DNA from: a virus
Length of the DNA: 64,000 bases
IMG/VR virus record: IMGVR_UViG_3300019752_000001
Direction: 5' to 3' (one strand)
Both the position numbers and the translations under genes were made by a program. Below the pieces are notes generated by a model that was not told the DNA's origin, searched no databases, and was given only the letters and a program-made list of their open reading frames with translations. Position 1 is the stretch's first letter; each line of letters starts with the position of its first letter. Of this stretch, positions 1 to 10,391 are shown one piece after another.

Positions 1-239
1 ACCTTAAAGCTGTCTATGAAGGGTATAAAAAGGTTTTAGGTGATACAGTTAAGTACACAACTTGGGAAGGTGATGAAGTAGAGGTTGATGTAATTGAATG
101 TATAGATATGATATTTACATGTGCATATATGTTGAAAAGTAAAAATGATAAGACTAGCTTCTCAGGTTTGTGTGAGAAATATGGTGTAGATCTTAGCGAA
201 AGTGTTGAAGATGAAGAAACTGAGGGCGTTGAACCATGA
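1..239 (+). CDS. 3' end of upstream gene (partial; possibly phage 5'-3' exonuclease)
   Basis: Open frame from nt 3 (LKAVYEGYKKVLGDTVKYTTWEG...) to TGA 237-239, overlapping the next ATG; product guessed from context only. Confidence 0.4.
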   Translation, partial: LKAVYEGYKKVLGDTVKYTTWEGDEVEVDVIECIDMIFTCAYMLKSKNDKTSFSGLCEKYGVDLSESVEDEETEGVEP

Positions 240-808
240 CACAACACAAACCTTGGGAGGGGCCTCTATCTACGTGGGAATCAAAGGCAAAGTATTTTGA
301 ATGGCTTAGAGGTAAAATTCGACAGATCTGGTCAGATTACCCTGTGAGGAATGAGTTTAAAACCAGTAAACTTAGACCTTTAACTCAGAGGGAAAAGTCG
401 AATAAACTATTTCATCCTCTGACTAAGAAAGTTGGTCAATGTGTTCTATGTGATAACTGGTTTCCTGCAAGCAAGCTACAGGTAGATCATATCCAAGACA
501 CTGATGGATGCACATCGTTTGAGACAGCTGAGAAGTTCTTGTGGAGGATGGCTGCTGAACCTGAATCTAATATGGCTCTTGTCTGTGTACCTTGTCATAA
601 GATTAAAAGCTACGCTGATAAGTATAACTTAACTTTCGAAGAGGCTGTGTTAGCTAAGAAAGTTATTGCAGAAGAGAATAGGTTAGGTAATAATGCTAAA
701 GCTTACCTGATGAAACAGGGATATACAGAAGGTGAAGTGAGTAACCACAGTAAGAGACGAAATGTTATTGAAGAGATTATTATTAAAACAGAAGGAGAAG
801 CACAATGA
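236..808 (+). CDS. HNH endonuclease
   Basis: CxxC...QVDHI...CVPCHKIK Zn/HNH pattern. Confidence 0.75.
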   Translation: MTQHKPWEGPLSTWESKAKYFEWLRGKIRQIWSDYPVRNEFKTSKLRPLTQREKSNKLFHPLTKKVGQCVLCDNWFPASKLQVDHIQDTDGCTSFETAEKFLWRMAAEPESNMALVCVPCHKIKSYADKYNLTFEEAVLAKKVIAEENRLGNNAKAYLMKQGYTEGEVSNHSKRRNVIEEIIIKTEGEAQ

Positions 809-1083
809 AAACTTTTAACACAAACCTGACTATGGAACAAATTGCAGCTGGTGCAGCGTTGATGGCGATTGGTAGCGGGTTTAAAAACAATGGTTTTGAA
901 AAGCATATTGAGGGTGATGGTCGAAATGAAGCACTTCAAGCGTATGGAGCTTACTGTACAGCCTCTGAAGAGGATAAACTTCAGCTTGCAGAAGAGATGC
1001 TAGATGGTGTAGAAGCTTTGTTAGTAAAATGTGAAGAGTATAAGAAGATTATTACACAGACAACTGAAGAAGGCACTAAATAA
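805..1083 (+). CDS. hypothetical protein
   Basis: ATGA overlap, GGAG RBS. Confidence 0.6.
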   Translation: MKTFNTNLTMEQIAAGAALMAIGSGFKNNGFEKHIEGDGRNEALQAYGAYCTASEEDKLQLAEEMLDGVEALLVKCEEYKKIITQTTEEGTK

Positions 1084-1325
1084 TGGCCACTAAAACCATT
1101 CTCGACCCTAAAGACTTCTACATGGCATACACTTTGGTTTATGCTTCCGCAACAGCTAATGAGATTCCTGCGGATGTAATGGCTAAGTACAATGAGTATC
1201 TGGAGTATTGTCGTGAACAGGGATCTGAAGCTACTAATGAAGCACTTGTACAGAGTTGCCAGACAGCTTATTACATGCTGAAACGTATTGTTGAAGGTGA
1301 TGACTGGGCAGCACGATTGCACTGA
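1083..1325 (+). CDS. hypothetical protein
   Basis: TAATG-coupled ORF in operon. Confidence 0.6.
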   Translation: MATKTILDPKDFYMAYTLVYASATANEIPADVMAKYNEYLEYCREQGSEATNEALVQSCQTAYYMLKRIVEGDDWAARLH

Positions 1326-1405
1326 GGAGGGAAAAGTATGCCTGTAGATGAAGTAGATAAAGCGGATGTTATTATGTTCACACAATACTCTTGAGGAGAA
1401 ATATT

Positions 1406-1615
1406 ATGACAGACAATGAAACTGATAAACTAAAAGAACTGTGTAAGCTTGTTGACGCACACAGTGCCTTAGGTTGGGAAGTGACCTTAGGAGGAAATGG
1501 AGTAAACTCGTCTGGAGCTAGAACAACACTTTATGCTGTATGCAATATTTTGGGTATAGAGTTTGAGATAGCTGATGATGAATATGTAGATAAACTCGCT
1601 GAAGAATACCTATGA
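1406..1615 (+). CDS. hypothetical protein
   Basis: GAGGAG RBS before ATG at 1406. Confidence 0.55.
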   Translation: MTDNETDKLKELCKLVDAHSALGWEVTLGGNGVNSSGARTTLYAVCNILGIEFEIADDEYVDKLAEEYL

Positions 1616-2145
1616 CAATTATTGTAAACCTCTACAGAGGACCAGGAACAGGTAAGTCTACTAATGCAGCTCGTCTATTCAGTATGTTGAAAGATGAAGG
1701 GGTTGAAGTGGAGCTTGTTACAGAGTATGCCAAAGATTTGGTATGGGAAGACAATTTAGCAACACTTGATAACCAACTGTTTGTGTTTGCTAATCAGCAT
1801 CATAAACTCTATCGACTACTGGACAAGGTTGATGTGGTAATCACTGATAGTCCGTTGCTACTTAGTGTCTTGTATGGACGTATGAATAAAGACTGGACAG
1901 AAGAGTTTGAAGATTTTGTACAGTCTGTTTATTCAGGCTTCAATAATCTTGATGTTATGTTGGAACGAGTTAAGCCATATAAAAGCAATGGTAGGTTGCA
2001 GACGGAGGAAGAAGCTAGGGAACTGGACAATTACATTAACCTCTTGATTGATGCGGATATGTTTGTAAAGGGAAATAAGAAAGGTTGTAAGAAGATATTT
2101 AAAGCTGTTATGAAACTATTAAAATCGGAGCATCGTGATAGGTGA
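1612..2145 (+). CDS. P-loop kinase/ATPase, NadR/Ttd14 (AAA_28)-like
   Basis: Walker A GPGTGKST, EYAKDLVW, VITDSPLL, R-x-Q-TEEEA lid. Confidence 0.75.
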   Translation: MTIIVNLYRGPGTGKSTNAARLFSMLKDEGVEVELVTEYAKDLVWEDNLATLDNQLFVFANQHHKLYRLLDKVDVVITDSPLLLSVLYGRMNKDWTEEFEDFVQSVYSGFNNLDVMLERVKPYKSNGRLQTEEEARELDNYINLLIDADMFVKGNKKGCKKIFKAVMKLLKSEHRDR

Positions 2146-2375
2146 AAGTTTAGCAGGTGGACAGCACTTAAACAGGTAAAGCTAGAAGGTGCACGTACAA
2201 AATGGGTATGTTCTTGCTGTAAAGGAAAGAGAAGCTTGTGAGGTTAAGTATTACAGGGAAGTTAAACGCACCTACGGAGGGCCTGATGACTAATAAACGA
2301 TACCAGTTAACAACCTGTGCAGTAAGAACCAGTTGAAGAGCACACTAGCCAACATTATGTAAGAGGAATACCATT

Positions 2376-3185
2376 ATGAGCGAAGATGAAAATGTGGAAT
2401 ACAAAACTTGTGTAATTGATGGAGTAGAAGTAACCTACACTCCGCTGCAAGAACAACCTGAACAACTCGCAATTGGTCAGATTTGGGAAGAGATTGGTGT
2501 GGAATGTTTTGAAATATCCGAAAAACAAAGAATGGGTATTAGTGTAGCGTGGTATTGTGCTGAAGGTGTGATTGTCCCCGACAATATTATGACTTCTGAG
2601 AGGTTTCAGTGTAAAGGTATTGCTGTAGAAGAGGAAAAGGAAGCTACTGAAATGAAAGGGGAGTACAAAGGTACACAACTAACTGCCAAGGTTAGTCCCC
2701 CTACAACCTTAGAAGTGGGGCAACAGTGGAAAGGGATCTCTTCAGGAACTATATACAAGGTTTCTAGTGTTTATGAAGATTACGGAGAAGCTGTGTGTGA
2801 CTTAGAGGACGAGGAAGGTTATGTTCTAGACTACTGCACCTTTAGTAGGATAAAAGCTGAGTGTAGATATATAGGCAGGGAACAGGAACAACCTGAAACA
2901 CCTCCTACCTCAACACTTGACATGGTGAGTAAGCCACCACACTACCTCCTGTTCCCTGAGCACGAACTTGAGGCTAAACATATTGTTAAACGTGTTATGG
3001 ATAATGCTGACTCACAAGACTTCGATATGTCTAGCCATGAAGCAAGCTGGTTAGTACAATCTATCCTGTACATGCTACGGTTTTATGGAAAGAATGGTTG
3101 GGAGGATATTAAGAAAGCTCAAGAAACATTAGGTATTGCCATTGACAGTTATGAGGAACGTATGCACAATACAGAGGCTGATTAA
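2376..3185 (+). CDS. protein with C-terminal DUF3310-like domain
   Basis: DMVSKPPHY...KNGWEDIKKA motif. Confidence 0.6.
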   Translation: MSEDENVEYKTCVIDGVEVTYTPLQEQPEQLAIGQIWEEIGVECFEISEKQRMGISVAWYCAEGVIVPDNIMTSERFQCKGIAVEEEKEATEMKGEYKGTQLTAKVSPPTTLEVGQQWKGISSGTIYKVSSVYEDYGEAVCDLEDEEGYVLDYCTFSRIKAECRYIGREQEQPETPPTSTLDMVSKPPHYLLFPEHELEAKHIVKRVMDNADSQDFDMSSHEASWLVQSILYMLRFYGKNGWEDIKKAQETLGIAIDSYEERMHNTEAD

Positions 3186-3187
3186 GT

Positions 3188-3415
3188 ATGTGTCAATGCA
3201 ACCCTCAGATTAAAACACCTTTCTGTGGTGTTGGAGATTGTGTATGGCCTTACCAACAAAAACTCCCTGTAACACTGGAGAGGTTAAAATTTAGAAAAGG
3301 CTTGGCAGAGATGAACTATGAAGATAGTATGAAGGCTGCTGAAAGGTACAAGAGAGAGATTTATACACTTACTAAGAAGATTGAAGCTTTCAACAAGGAG
3401 AACAACGATGAGTAA
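3188..3415 (+). CDS. hypothetical protein, Cys-rich N-terminus
   Basis: MCQCNPQIKTPFCG; operon position. Confidence 0.5.
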   Translation: MCQCNPQIKTPFCGVGDCVWPYQQKLPVTLERLKFRKGLAEMNYEDSMKAAERYKREIYTLTKKIEAFNKENNDE

Positions 3416-4532
3416 CAATGTTGAATACACACTGGATACACAAGCTGTGACAAACTTTTACAAAGGCGTTATTAAGTTCAACGAAGTAGCAGGTGGTACA
3501 CGAGAAAATTATGATCACCAACTACAGATGAAGTTGATGGAGGAAGAGTGGCAGGAGACGTTGAAGGCTTACAATGATAAAGATCCTGTGGAGTTTCTTG
3601 ACGGAGTGTTGGATGTTCTGGTTACACATGGTTATGCTTGGCAGATGAATGAAGTAGAATCAGTTTTTAAAGGTAGTTGGGAAGGTGTGGAAACGAAATT
3701 CTCTAGTGTAGTTGATCAGGGTGGCTGGCCAGAACGTTTCGACATAATGGAACAGTTTTGTGCAACGTTGAAACATAAGTACGGTGTAGACGTTGAAGGG
3801 GCTATGGCTGAAGTTAACCGTAGTAATATGAGTAAGTTTTGTGATACCAACAATAGAGCTTGTTTTGTGGGAGAGCTTACACAGTATTGTGAAATTATTA
3901 ATTCAGAGGGACGTTACACAGATGTTCACTGGGGTAAAAAAGGTAACTATGTCGTCTTCAAAGATGGTAACGGAAAAGTGATGAAGGGTCCAGACTTCAC
4001 ACCTCCTGACCTGAAACCTTATGTTGGGAACCTGAGCAAGTTGTTTGAGGAGGATGGTAGTAATGGGCGAGTGTTGATGAGGGACCCTTGTAGTCCTACA
4101 GGATCTTCTTGGGGAAGTTTTACTCTACCAAGAACTAAACCCAACCTTGATGATGTGATTACTATTGAAGATTTGTTTGGTGAGCTTATCACTGAAGCAG
4201 AAAAGGTTTATAAGGAGCTAGGTGGAGCACAAAATGAGGATGAAGATACGAAGCAACCTGAACAAATCCCTGCCAAGGTATCTTCTTCCCTCTCCTTCAC
4301 AACAGAAGAGGTGGATGTTATATTTGAGCTGCTGTGTATGACTCACACAGAAGATGGAGCAGCACACTCAGCTATGGCTAAGCTGGAGAGTTATGCCTCA
4401 GATGAAGCTATGCAGCGGCTTGAAACGTGTGATCAACGGTTTACATCTGTGGATACAGATACAGGGTTTGAGCTGAACAAGGAAGGACATATTACTTTGC
4501 TTGAGAAGAACAACGACGAAGGAGGTATTTGA
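3408..4532 (+). CDS. MazG-like / PRA-PH all-alpha NTP pyrophosphohydrolase with long C-terminal extension
   Basis: EEWQE...EFLDGVLD, EVNRSNMSK, DGNGKVMKGPDF; start moved to ATG 3408 after GGAG. Confidence 0.75.
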   Translation: MSNNVEYTLDTQAVTNFYKGVIKFNEVAGGTRENYDHQLQMKLMEEEWQETLKAYNDKDPVEFLDGVLDVLVTHGYAWQMNEVESVFKGSWEGVETKFSSVVDQGGWPERFDIMEQFCATLKHKYGVDVEGAMAEVNRSNMSKFCDTNNRACFVGELTQYCEIINSEGRYTDVHWGKKGNYVVFKDGNGKVMKGPDFTPPDLKPYVGNLSKLFEEDGSNGRVLMRDPCSPTGSSWGSFTLPRTKPNLDDVITIEDLFGELITEAEKVYKELGGAQNEDEDTKQPEQIPAKVSSSLSFTTEEVDVIFELLCMTHTEDGAAHSAMAKLESYASDEAMQRLETCDQRFTSVDTDTGFELNKEGHITLLEKNNDEGGI

Positions 4533-5362
4533 TATACATGCGTGAACCTACTAAGCAGTTTGATGAAGAATACTTAGGAGTTCTTCGTCAGATATTTGAA
4601 AAAGGTATTGATCACGAAGACCGAACAGGAACAGGACGTAGAAGCTTAAACTCTGTACAGATGTGTTTTGACATAACTGAGGAGTTTCCTCTTCTAACTA
4701 CTAAGCGGGTGAACTTCAAAGCTGTTGTTAATGAGTTCATCTGGATGGTTCTTAGAGGTAGTGTAGATGTAAACTGGTTAAATGAGCGAGGACATACTTT
4801 CTGGGATGAGTGGAAAGGTGATGATGGAACTATTGGCCCTGGTTATGGTAAACAGTTCAGAGACTGTAAAGGTGTTGATCAAGTTGAACAGGTAGTTGAC
4901 AGCATCAAGAACGACCCTTACAGTTCCAGACACATCATAAGCTTGTGGCAACCAGATGAAATAGTTGATATGATGTTACCGCCTTGTCATGGAGTTGTTA
5001 TTCAGTTCTTTGTAGAGAAAGGTGAAAGTGGAGAACCTGAATGGTTGTCTTGTCAGATGTACCAAAGGAGTGGAGATTTCTTCCTTGGTATTCCTTTCAA
5101 TATTGCTTTCTACTCCTTGTTTACTAAGGTGTTGGCTTATGCAACCGGGTTGAAACCTAAAAGTTTCTCTCATATAGTAGGAGATGCTCATATATATCTT
5201 AATCACCTTGAACAGGTAGAGGAGCAGCTAACAAGAACACCTAAGAGTTACCCTTATGTTCTTATTGCAGGAGCGCCTGAAAACCTGAGCTTCTTCTGGG
5301 AAGATATTGTCGTAGTGGGGTATAATCCTCACCCCGCGATCAAAGCACCTATTAGTATTTAA
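4529..5362 (+). CDS. thyA: thymidylate synthase
   Basis: DRTGTG, FPLLTTK, LPPCH, YQRSGDFFLGIPFN, DAHIYLNH. Confidence 0.97.
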   Translation: MIYMREPTKQFDEEYLGVLRQIFEKGIDHEDRTGTGRRSLNSVQMCFDITEEFPLLTTKRVNFKAVVNEFIWMVLRGSVDVNWLNERGHTFWDEWKGDDGTIGPGYGKQFRDCKGVDQVEQVVDSIKNDPYSSRHIISLWQPDEIVDMMLPPCHGVVIQFFVEKGESGEPEWLSCQMYQRSGDFFLGIPFNIAFYSLFTKVLAYATGLKPKSFSHIVGDAHIYLNHLEQVEEQLTRTPKSYPYVLIAGAPENLSFFWEDIVVVGYNPHPAIKAPISI

Positions 5363-5378
5363 CAAGAAGGTTAAAAAC

Positions 5379-5684
5379 ATGTCACACGTACCAAGCAACT
5401 CACCAGAGGATATTGCAGAACAAATTCGTAAGGTTCTGCATGATAAGAATCCAAATGTGATAGGAAAAGGTAAAGCTTTTATTCCAGATATTGAGAAAGC
5501 TTTATCTATGTCTCCTGCACTAGAGTTTGGGTATGAACCTTTTGAACATGTTGAGTTCATGGGTTGGGAGCAAGACTACTTCCATTACTGGGAACCTTAT
5601 GATAAGGTTGGATGGTTGTGTATCTACGGAGACAAGCATTATGGTAATTACACAATTCAATGGGTGAAGGAGAAAGAAGAATGA
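5379..5684 (+). CDS. hypothetical protein
   Basis: ORF in operon. Confidence 0.55.
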   Translation: MSHVPSNSPEDIAEQIRKVLHDKNPNVIGKGKAFIPDIEKALSMSPALEFGYEPFEHVEFMGWEQDYFHYWEPYDKVGWLCIYGDKHYGNYTIQWVKEKEE

Positions 5685-5908
5685 ACGTTTACGATTACGA
5701 AGTTAAGAATTATACTAAGAGGCAAGTTCAACCCATGTTTCCTTGGGATGAAACAGTAGATATGTTTTGTGTGTCTGTATCAGAAGCGGATAGTGAAAAT
5801 GGTTCACCTAAACAAGGTGATATGATAGCCTTCAACCCTAACAACATGGTTGATAAATGGTTGGTGGCAGAGAAGTTTTACAAAGATAATTATCAGGAGG
5901 TGATGTAA
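5681..5908 (+). CDS. small conserved-type phage protein
   Basis: ATGA overlap; GSPKQGDMIAFNP...DKWLVA motif. Confidence 0.55.
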   Translation: MNVYDYEVKNYTKRQVQPMFPWDETVDMFCVSVSEADSENGSPKQGDMIAFNPNNMVDKWLVAEKFYKDNYQEVM

Positions 5909-5911
5909 TAT

Positions 5912-6076
5912 ATGAGTGTAAAAATTAACAACGGTAAAGATAAAGTGGGTATTCATACATTATCCTGGAAAGAACTCCTGACTATGTACACGAGTAACAA
6001 CACCACGAAGAAGGATAAACAGAAGATTAATAATACTATGTTCAAGAACTTTCCAGAGGGCTATCAAGAAAACTAG
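5912..6076 (+). CDS. 54-aa hypothetical protein (below ORF-track cutoff)
   Basis: GGAGGTGA RBS, MSVKINNGKD...YQEN*. Confidence 0.45.
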   Translation: MSVKINNGKDKVGIHTLSWKELLTMYTSNNTTKKDKQKINNTMFKNFPEGYQEN

Positions 6077-6159
6077 AAGGCACCACCTTACATTGAAACA
6101 CATAGAAAGTTGTAAAGGGAGATACTCCGTCTCCCTAATTAGAAGGATGATAAACATAT

Positions 6160-6570
6160 ATGACGCACTATATCGGTATGCGGGATTTGATGATTACTAA
6201 GTTTGCTGCAGAGGAAGATTGTCCTGAGGAAGTGGCTGCAGCAGCTTTTGAAGGTGACTTAGAAGCTCTTTCAGACCTATTGAATACACACTACCCAGAT
6301 TACCTAGCTAGCTTGCTGGAGCATGGAGGGCTTGATACGCAGCGTGAATATTTCCCTCTGTTTGGTAATCGTATTTCAGCCTTTACCGGAGAACAATGGG
6401 AGGGTACTTACTGGGTAGGTAATCTACGGAGTGATCTAGGCTTCACTACAGAGCATCAAGTGTATAAGGATATGGCTACAGAACAGCGCTATAATGGAGC
6501 TTTTGATGAGCTTAATCAGCAGCACTTGAATAGTGTTACAGCAACTGGTGAAATGGGAGAGGAAGTTTGA
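6160..6570 (+). CDS. hypothetical protein
   Basis: ORF coupled to nrdB. Confidence 0.55.
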   Translation: MTHYIGMRDLMITKFAAEEDCPEEVAAAAFEGDLEALSDLLNTHYPDYLASLLEHGGLDTQREYFPLFGNRISAFTGEQWEGTYWVGNLRSDLGFTTEHQVYKDMATEQRYNGAFDELNQQHLNSVTATGEMGEEV

Positions 6571-7586
6571 AGTGGAAAAATCAGATCCCTGTTATGACTC
6601 CGAAAACAACTTTTACAGTTGATTACCCAGAGGCTGTAGAGTTTGCTGACCAACAAGCCTTAGTATTCTGGCCACACTCTGAGGTTAAGGTTCATAAGGA
6701 TAAGCACGATATCTTAGTAGGTATGACTGAAGCTGAACGTCATGCTACGACAACAACGTTGAAGCTCTTTACAAAGTACGAACAGATAATTGGTGATGAG
6801 TTTTGGCTTAACTTTGTATACAAAACTTTTCCTCGACCAGCAGATATACAACCTATGGCTGCCTTATTCGGGGCTATGGAGTTGCAAGTTCATGCTAAGT
6901 TTTACAGCAAACTTAATGAAGAACTTGGTCTAGCTACTGATGAGTTTTATGAAGAGTACTTAAAAGATCCAGACTTAAAAGATCGTATTGCGCATCTGGA
7001 GAATATACTTAAAACTGGTGATCCTCTGGAGAAACTTGGAGCGTTCACTTTCGGAGAGGGGGCTGTACTCTATACAAGTTTTGCATTTCTTAAACACTTC
7101 CAGTCAGTTGGTAAGAATAAACTGTTGAATGGTGTAAGCGGTATTAACTTTAGTAGTCGTGATGAGAACCTTCATAGTGAAGCCGCAGCTTGGCTGTTTA
7201 AGCAGACTAAGAAGGAGTTGATGGAGGCTAAACTGATTGATGAAGATTATTTAAGCTTCCTGGAACAAACTATCACAGATACTGGATTCCAAGTGTATGA
7301 ACATGAAAAAATCATAATCAAGAAACTGTTTGAGAAAGGAGAGATTGAAGGTATAACCCCTAAGCAGTTGGAGTATTTCTCACAGAGTCGTATTAACCTT
7401 TGTATGCGTAATTTGGGTTACACAAATATCTTCCGTGTAGATTACAACCCTATTGCTGATTGGTTTTATAAAGGTATTAACGGTTATCAAATGCAGGATC
7501 ATTTCAATAGTCAAGGTAATCAGTATACACGTGGTTGGTCTGAACCAGATTTCCCATTCAACCCACCACCTAAGATGTACGTCTAG
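6567..7586 (+). CDS. nrdB: ribonucleotide reductase class Ia beta subunit
   Basis: ELQVHAKFYS, EGAVLYTSF, SRDENLH di-iron motifs. Confidence 0.93.
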   Translation: MKWKNQIPVMTPKTTFTVDYPEAVEFADQQALVFWPHSEVKVHKDKHDILVGMTEAERHATTTTLKLFTKYEQIIGDEFWLNFVYKTFPRPADIQPMAALFGAMELQVHAKFYSKLNEELGLATDEFYEEYLKDPDLKDRIAHLENILKTGDPLEKLGAFTFGEGAVLYTSFAFLKHFQSVGKNKLLNGVSGINFSSRDENLHSEAAAWLFKQTKKELMEAKLIDEDYLSFLEQTITDTGFQVYEHEKIIIKKLFEKGEIEGITPKQLEYFSQSRINLCMRNLGYTNIFRVDYNPIADWFYKGINGYQMQDHFNSQGNQYTRGWSEPDFPFNPPPKMYV

Positions 7587-7600
7587 GAGTAGTATAAAGA

Positions 7601-9289
7601 ATGTCTAATGTATATGATAAGTTGAGTAAAGAACGGAAAAAGATGCAATCCGAAGGAGTTATGCCTGAGTGGTATACTACTGGAGGTTGGCAGTTATTTA
7701 AAAACAAATACCTATACCAAGCTGATAACCCAAAAGAACAGTACCAGCGTATTGCATCGACATTAGCTGTGCATACAAAAGACCCAAACACGTGGAAGGA
7801 GAAGTTTTTTAATCTCCTCTGGAAAGGGTGGCTTAGTCCATCAACTCCTGTACTGTCTAACACGGGGACTTGTCGAGGGCTTCCTGTGGCTTGTTCAGGT
7901 AATTACTTATCTGATTGTATGTATGAGATATATAAAGGGCGTTCTGAGAATGCTATGCTTACAAAGTATGGCTTTGGCACAGCAAGCTACTTAGGTGATA
8001 TTCGCTCACGAGGTAGTGTTATCTCTGTAGGAGGTACAGCTGAAGGAGTTATCCCTATCATCGAGGGTGCTCAGAAGGATATGGAATATGTTGCTCAGGG
8101 TACAGCTCGTCGAGGTAGCTGGGCAGGGTATCTTCCTATCGATCATGGGGACTTTGACGAGGTTTGTACATACCTTGAACATAACCCTGATGGTTGTAAT
8201 ATTGGGTGGAACATCTCAGATGGGTTTGTAGAGAATCTTATGCGGGGTGATGAAGAGGCTGTACGTCGCTTCCAGAAGGCTATGAAGACTAAGATGATCA
8301 CAGGTAAAGGTTATTTCTTCTTCCCAGACAAAGCTAACAGGCAGCGACCTGAGATGTATGTTGATAAAGGTTTAGATGTTAAGGCTTCTCAGTTGTGCAA
8401 TGAAATATCACTACATTGTGATGATAATCATACATACACTTGCACCTTGTCATCAATGAATATTGCAAAGTATGATGAGTGGAAAGATACTGAGGCTGTT
8501 CAGGAAGCTATTGTCTTCTTAGACTGTGTTGTACAGGAGTTTATTGAGCGAGCTAAGAATATTCCTGGTTTGGAGAAGGCTGTAGACTTCACACGTAAAG
8601 GTCGTCCTCTTGGGTTAGGTGTTTGTGGTTTGCACACGTATTATCAGCAGAATATGATTCCGTTTGAGAGCTATGATGCGTTCCTATTCAATCGGGAACT
8701 GTTCAAAGGTATTAGATCAGAGGCTGATAAAGCCACTCGCTACATCGCTGAAACGTGGGGTGAGCCAGAATGGTGTAAGGGTTATGGTGTTGCTAATACT
8801 CACCTGTTGGCTGTAGCCCCTACAAAATCTACAGCACTTATTATGGGAGGTATCTCAGAAGGTATTAACCCTGATGCTGCAATGGTTTACACACAACGTT
8901 CAGCAGGAGGAGAAGTAGATCGAGTTAATCCTATCCTGTTAGGTATTATGAAGGAACGAGGAGTTAACACTAAGAAGGTCAGAGAAGATATACGGGACAA
9001 GATGGGAAGTGTTCAGCATGTTGATTGGCTATCTCCTCAAGAGAAGTATGTGTTCAGAACAGGCTTTGAAATGTGCCAGTTCAATATACTTCAGCAGGCT
9101 GGTGATCGAGGTGAGAGTTTGGATCAGTGGCAGAGTTTGAACTTGTTCTTTGAAGGAAGTGCAGATGGTGAGTATATTTCTGCAGTGCATACTAAAGCTT
9201 TTCTTGACGAACGCATCATTGGGCTCTACTATGTGAACTCGACAGCTGGTGTACAAGCTAGTAAAGATGAATGTGAGGCTTGCCAATGA
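7601..9289 (+). CDS. nrdA: ribonucleotide reductase class Ia alpha subunit (short, no ATP cone)
   Basis: SPSTPV, SQLCNEI, LGLGVCG, AVAPTKST, GLYY, C-terminal ECEACQ. Confidence 0.95.
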   Translation: MSNVYDKLSKERKKMQSEGVMPEWYTTGGWQLFKNKYLYQADNPKEQYQRIASTLAVHTKDPNTWKEKFFNLLWKGWLSPSTPVLSNTGTCRGLPVACSGNYLSDCMYEIYKGRSENAMLTKYGFGTASYLGDIRSRGSVISVGGTAEGVIPIIEGAQKDMEYVAQGTARRGSWAGYLPIDHGDFDEVCTYLEHNPDGCNIGWNISDGFVENLMRGDEEAVRRFQKAMKTKMITGKGYFFFPDKANRQRPEMYVDKGLDVKASQLCNEISLHCDDNHTYTCTLSSMNIAKYDEWKDTEAVQEAIVFLDCVVQEFIERAKNIPGLEKAVDFTRKGRPLGLGVCGLHTYYQQNMIPFESYDAFLFNRELFKGIRSEADKATRYIAETWGEPEWCKGYGVANTHLLAVAPTKSTALIMGGISEGINPDAAMVYTQRSAGGEVDRVNPILLGIMKERGVNTKKVREDIRDKMGSVQHVDWLSPQEKYVFRTGFEMCQFNILQQAGDRGESLDQWQSLNLFFEGSADGEYISAVHTKAFLDERIIGLYYVNSTAGVQASKDECEACQ

Positions 9290-9528
9290 ATGAAGAAGTG
9301 GGATATACCATTTACAGTAAGAAGTTTTGTCCTTGGTGTGATAAAGCTAAAATTATGTTGCATGTTGAAGGGAAAGACTTTATAGTAGTTGACTGTACAG
9401 ATAGTGACGAACCTCGACAACACTTGCTTGATGAAGGTAAGAAGACTGTACCACAGATCTTCAAAGGTGATGAGTATGTTGGTGGTTTTGAACAACTGTT
9501 CAATATGAAACACTCAATTGGTTTGTAA
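9286..9528 (+). CDS. glutaredoxin
   Basis: CPWC, TVPQIF, YVGGF; follows nrdA. Confidence 0.9.
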   Translation: MNEEVGYTIYSKKFCPWCDKAKIMLHVEGKDFIVVDCTDSDEPRQHLLDEGKKTVPQIFKGDEYVGGFEQLFNMKHSIGL

Positions 9529-9542
9529 ATTAGGAGAAACAC

Positions 9543-9911
9543 ATGACCACACAAAACACTCTACCAGAAAACTTGGTAGCTGTATTAGTTGTTTGGGAAG
9601 TAGTTCCTGAAGAGGTGAGACTATACAGCATCGTTATGGAGAAATCCTTGTATGAAGAACTTTCCGTAGCTAACGGGAAATATGCAAACTGTGTGGGTCT
9701 TTCTGAAGAGGAAGAGGCAGCCCTTTCCTACATCAGCTGGGCACTCCTTGATGAACCTTATGAAGGCTACCTAGCACACATGGCTGAGGAAGGTGTGGAA
9801 GCGGAGGTAGCTTGTAAGTGGAAGGATACACAGATTAACACTTATGAAATTAACCCTCCTCTTGGTTCCTTGTACTTCAACCATATTATTCAGACAGGCT
9901 TCCTCCTCTAA
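9543..9911 (+). CDS. hypothetical protein
   Basis: GGAG RBS. Confidence 0.55.
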   Translation: MTTQNTLPENLVAVLVVWEVVPEEVRLYSIVMEKSLYEELSVANGKYANCVGLSEEEEAALSYISWALLDEPYEGYLAHMAEEGVEAEVACKWKDTQINTYEINPPLGSLYFNHIIQTGFLL

Positions 9912-9935
9912 GGAGGAAGCTTTACAGGAGGCTAT

Positions 9936-10391
9936 ATGATAGACGCTTTCACTGGTTGGTTCAGCCAACACAGTACAACTCCACGTGTACAGCACTGTAA
10001 TCGTTGTGCTGAAGCAGATGCAGCTATACCAGGTATCGTAAAACAGATGACTGAGGCTGCTATCGAGATGGTTAAGTTACAGGAAGAGAACAAATACTTA
10101 AAACTAACTATTCAACGGCTAGAAGGAGACAACTGAATGAGCGATAACCTAACTAAAGTTGTTTGGGAAGTAGATGAAGAAACTCAGACAGTTAAGCAGG
10201 TAAATATCTCTGTGGGAAGGGAAATGGGTGTGTGGAACACACAGATACACGATTTAACAGAAACAGGGCCAATGTGGTATTACGCTGAAACCGAAGCAGC
10301 TGCATGGAAAGCTTGGGAGCTGAAAGTGGAATCTCAGCTTGAAGAGCTTGAGAAGCTACTCTATGAAACTATTTACCGGAGAAACACATGA
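9936..10391 (+). CDS. two small hypothetical proteins (9936-10136, 10137-10391)
   Basis: RBS and coupled ORFs. Confidence 0.5.

Noticed and set aside
5681-5908. Assignment as a known anti-defence sponge (Tad2/Acb2)
   Set aside because: I could not match diagnostic motifs with confidence.
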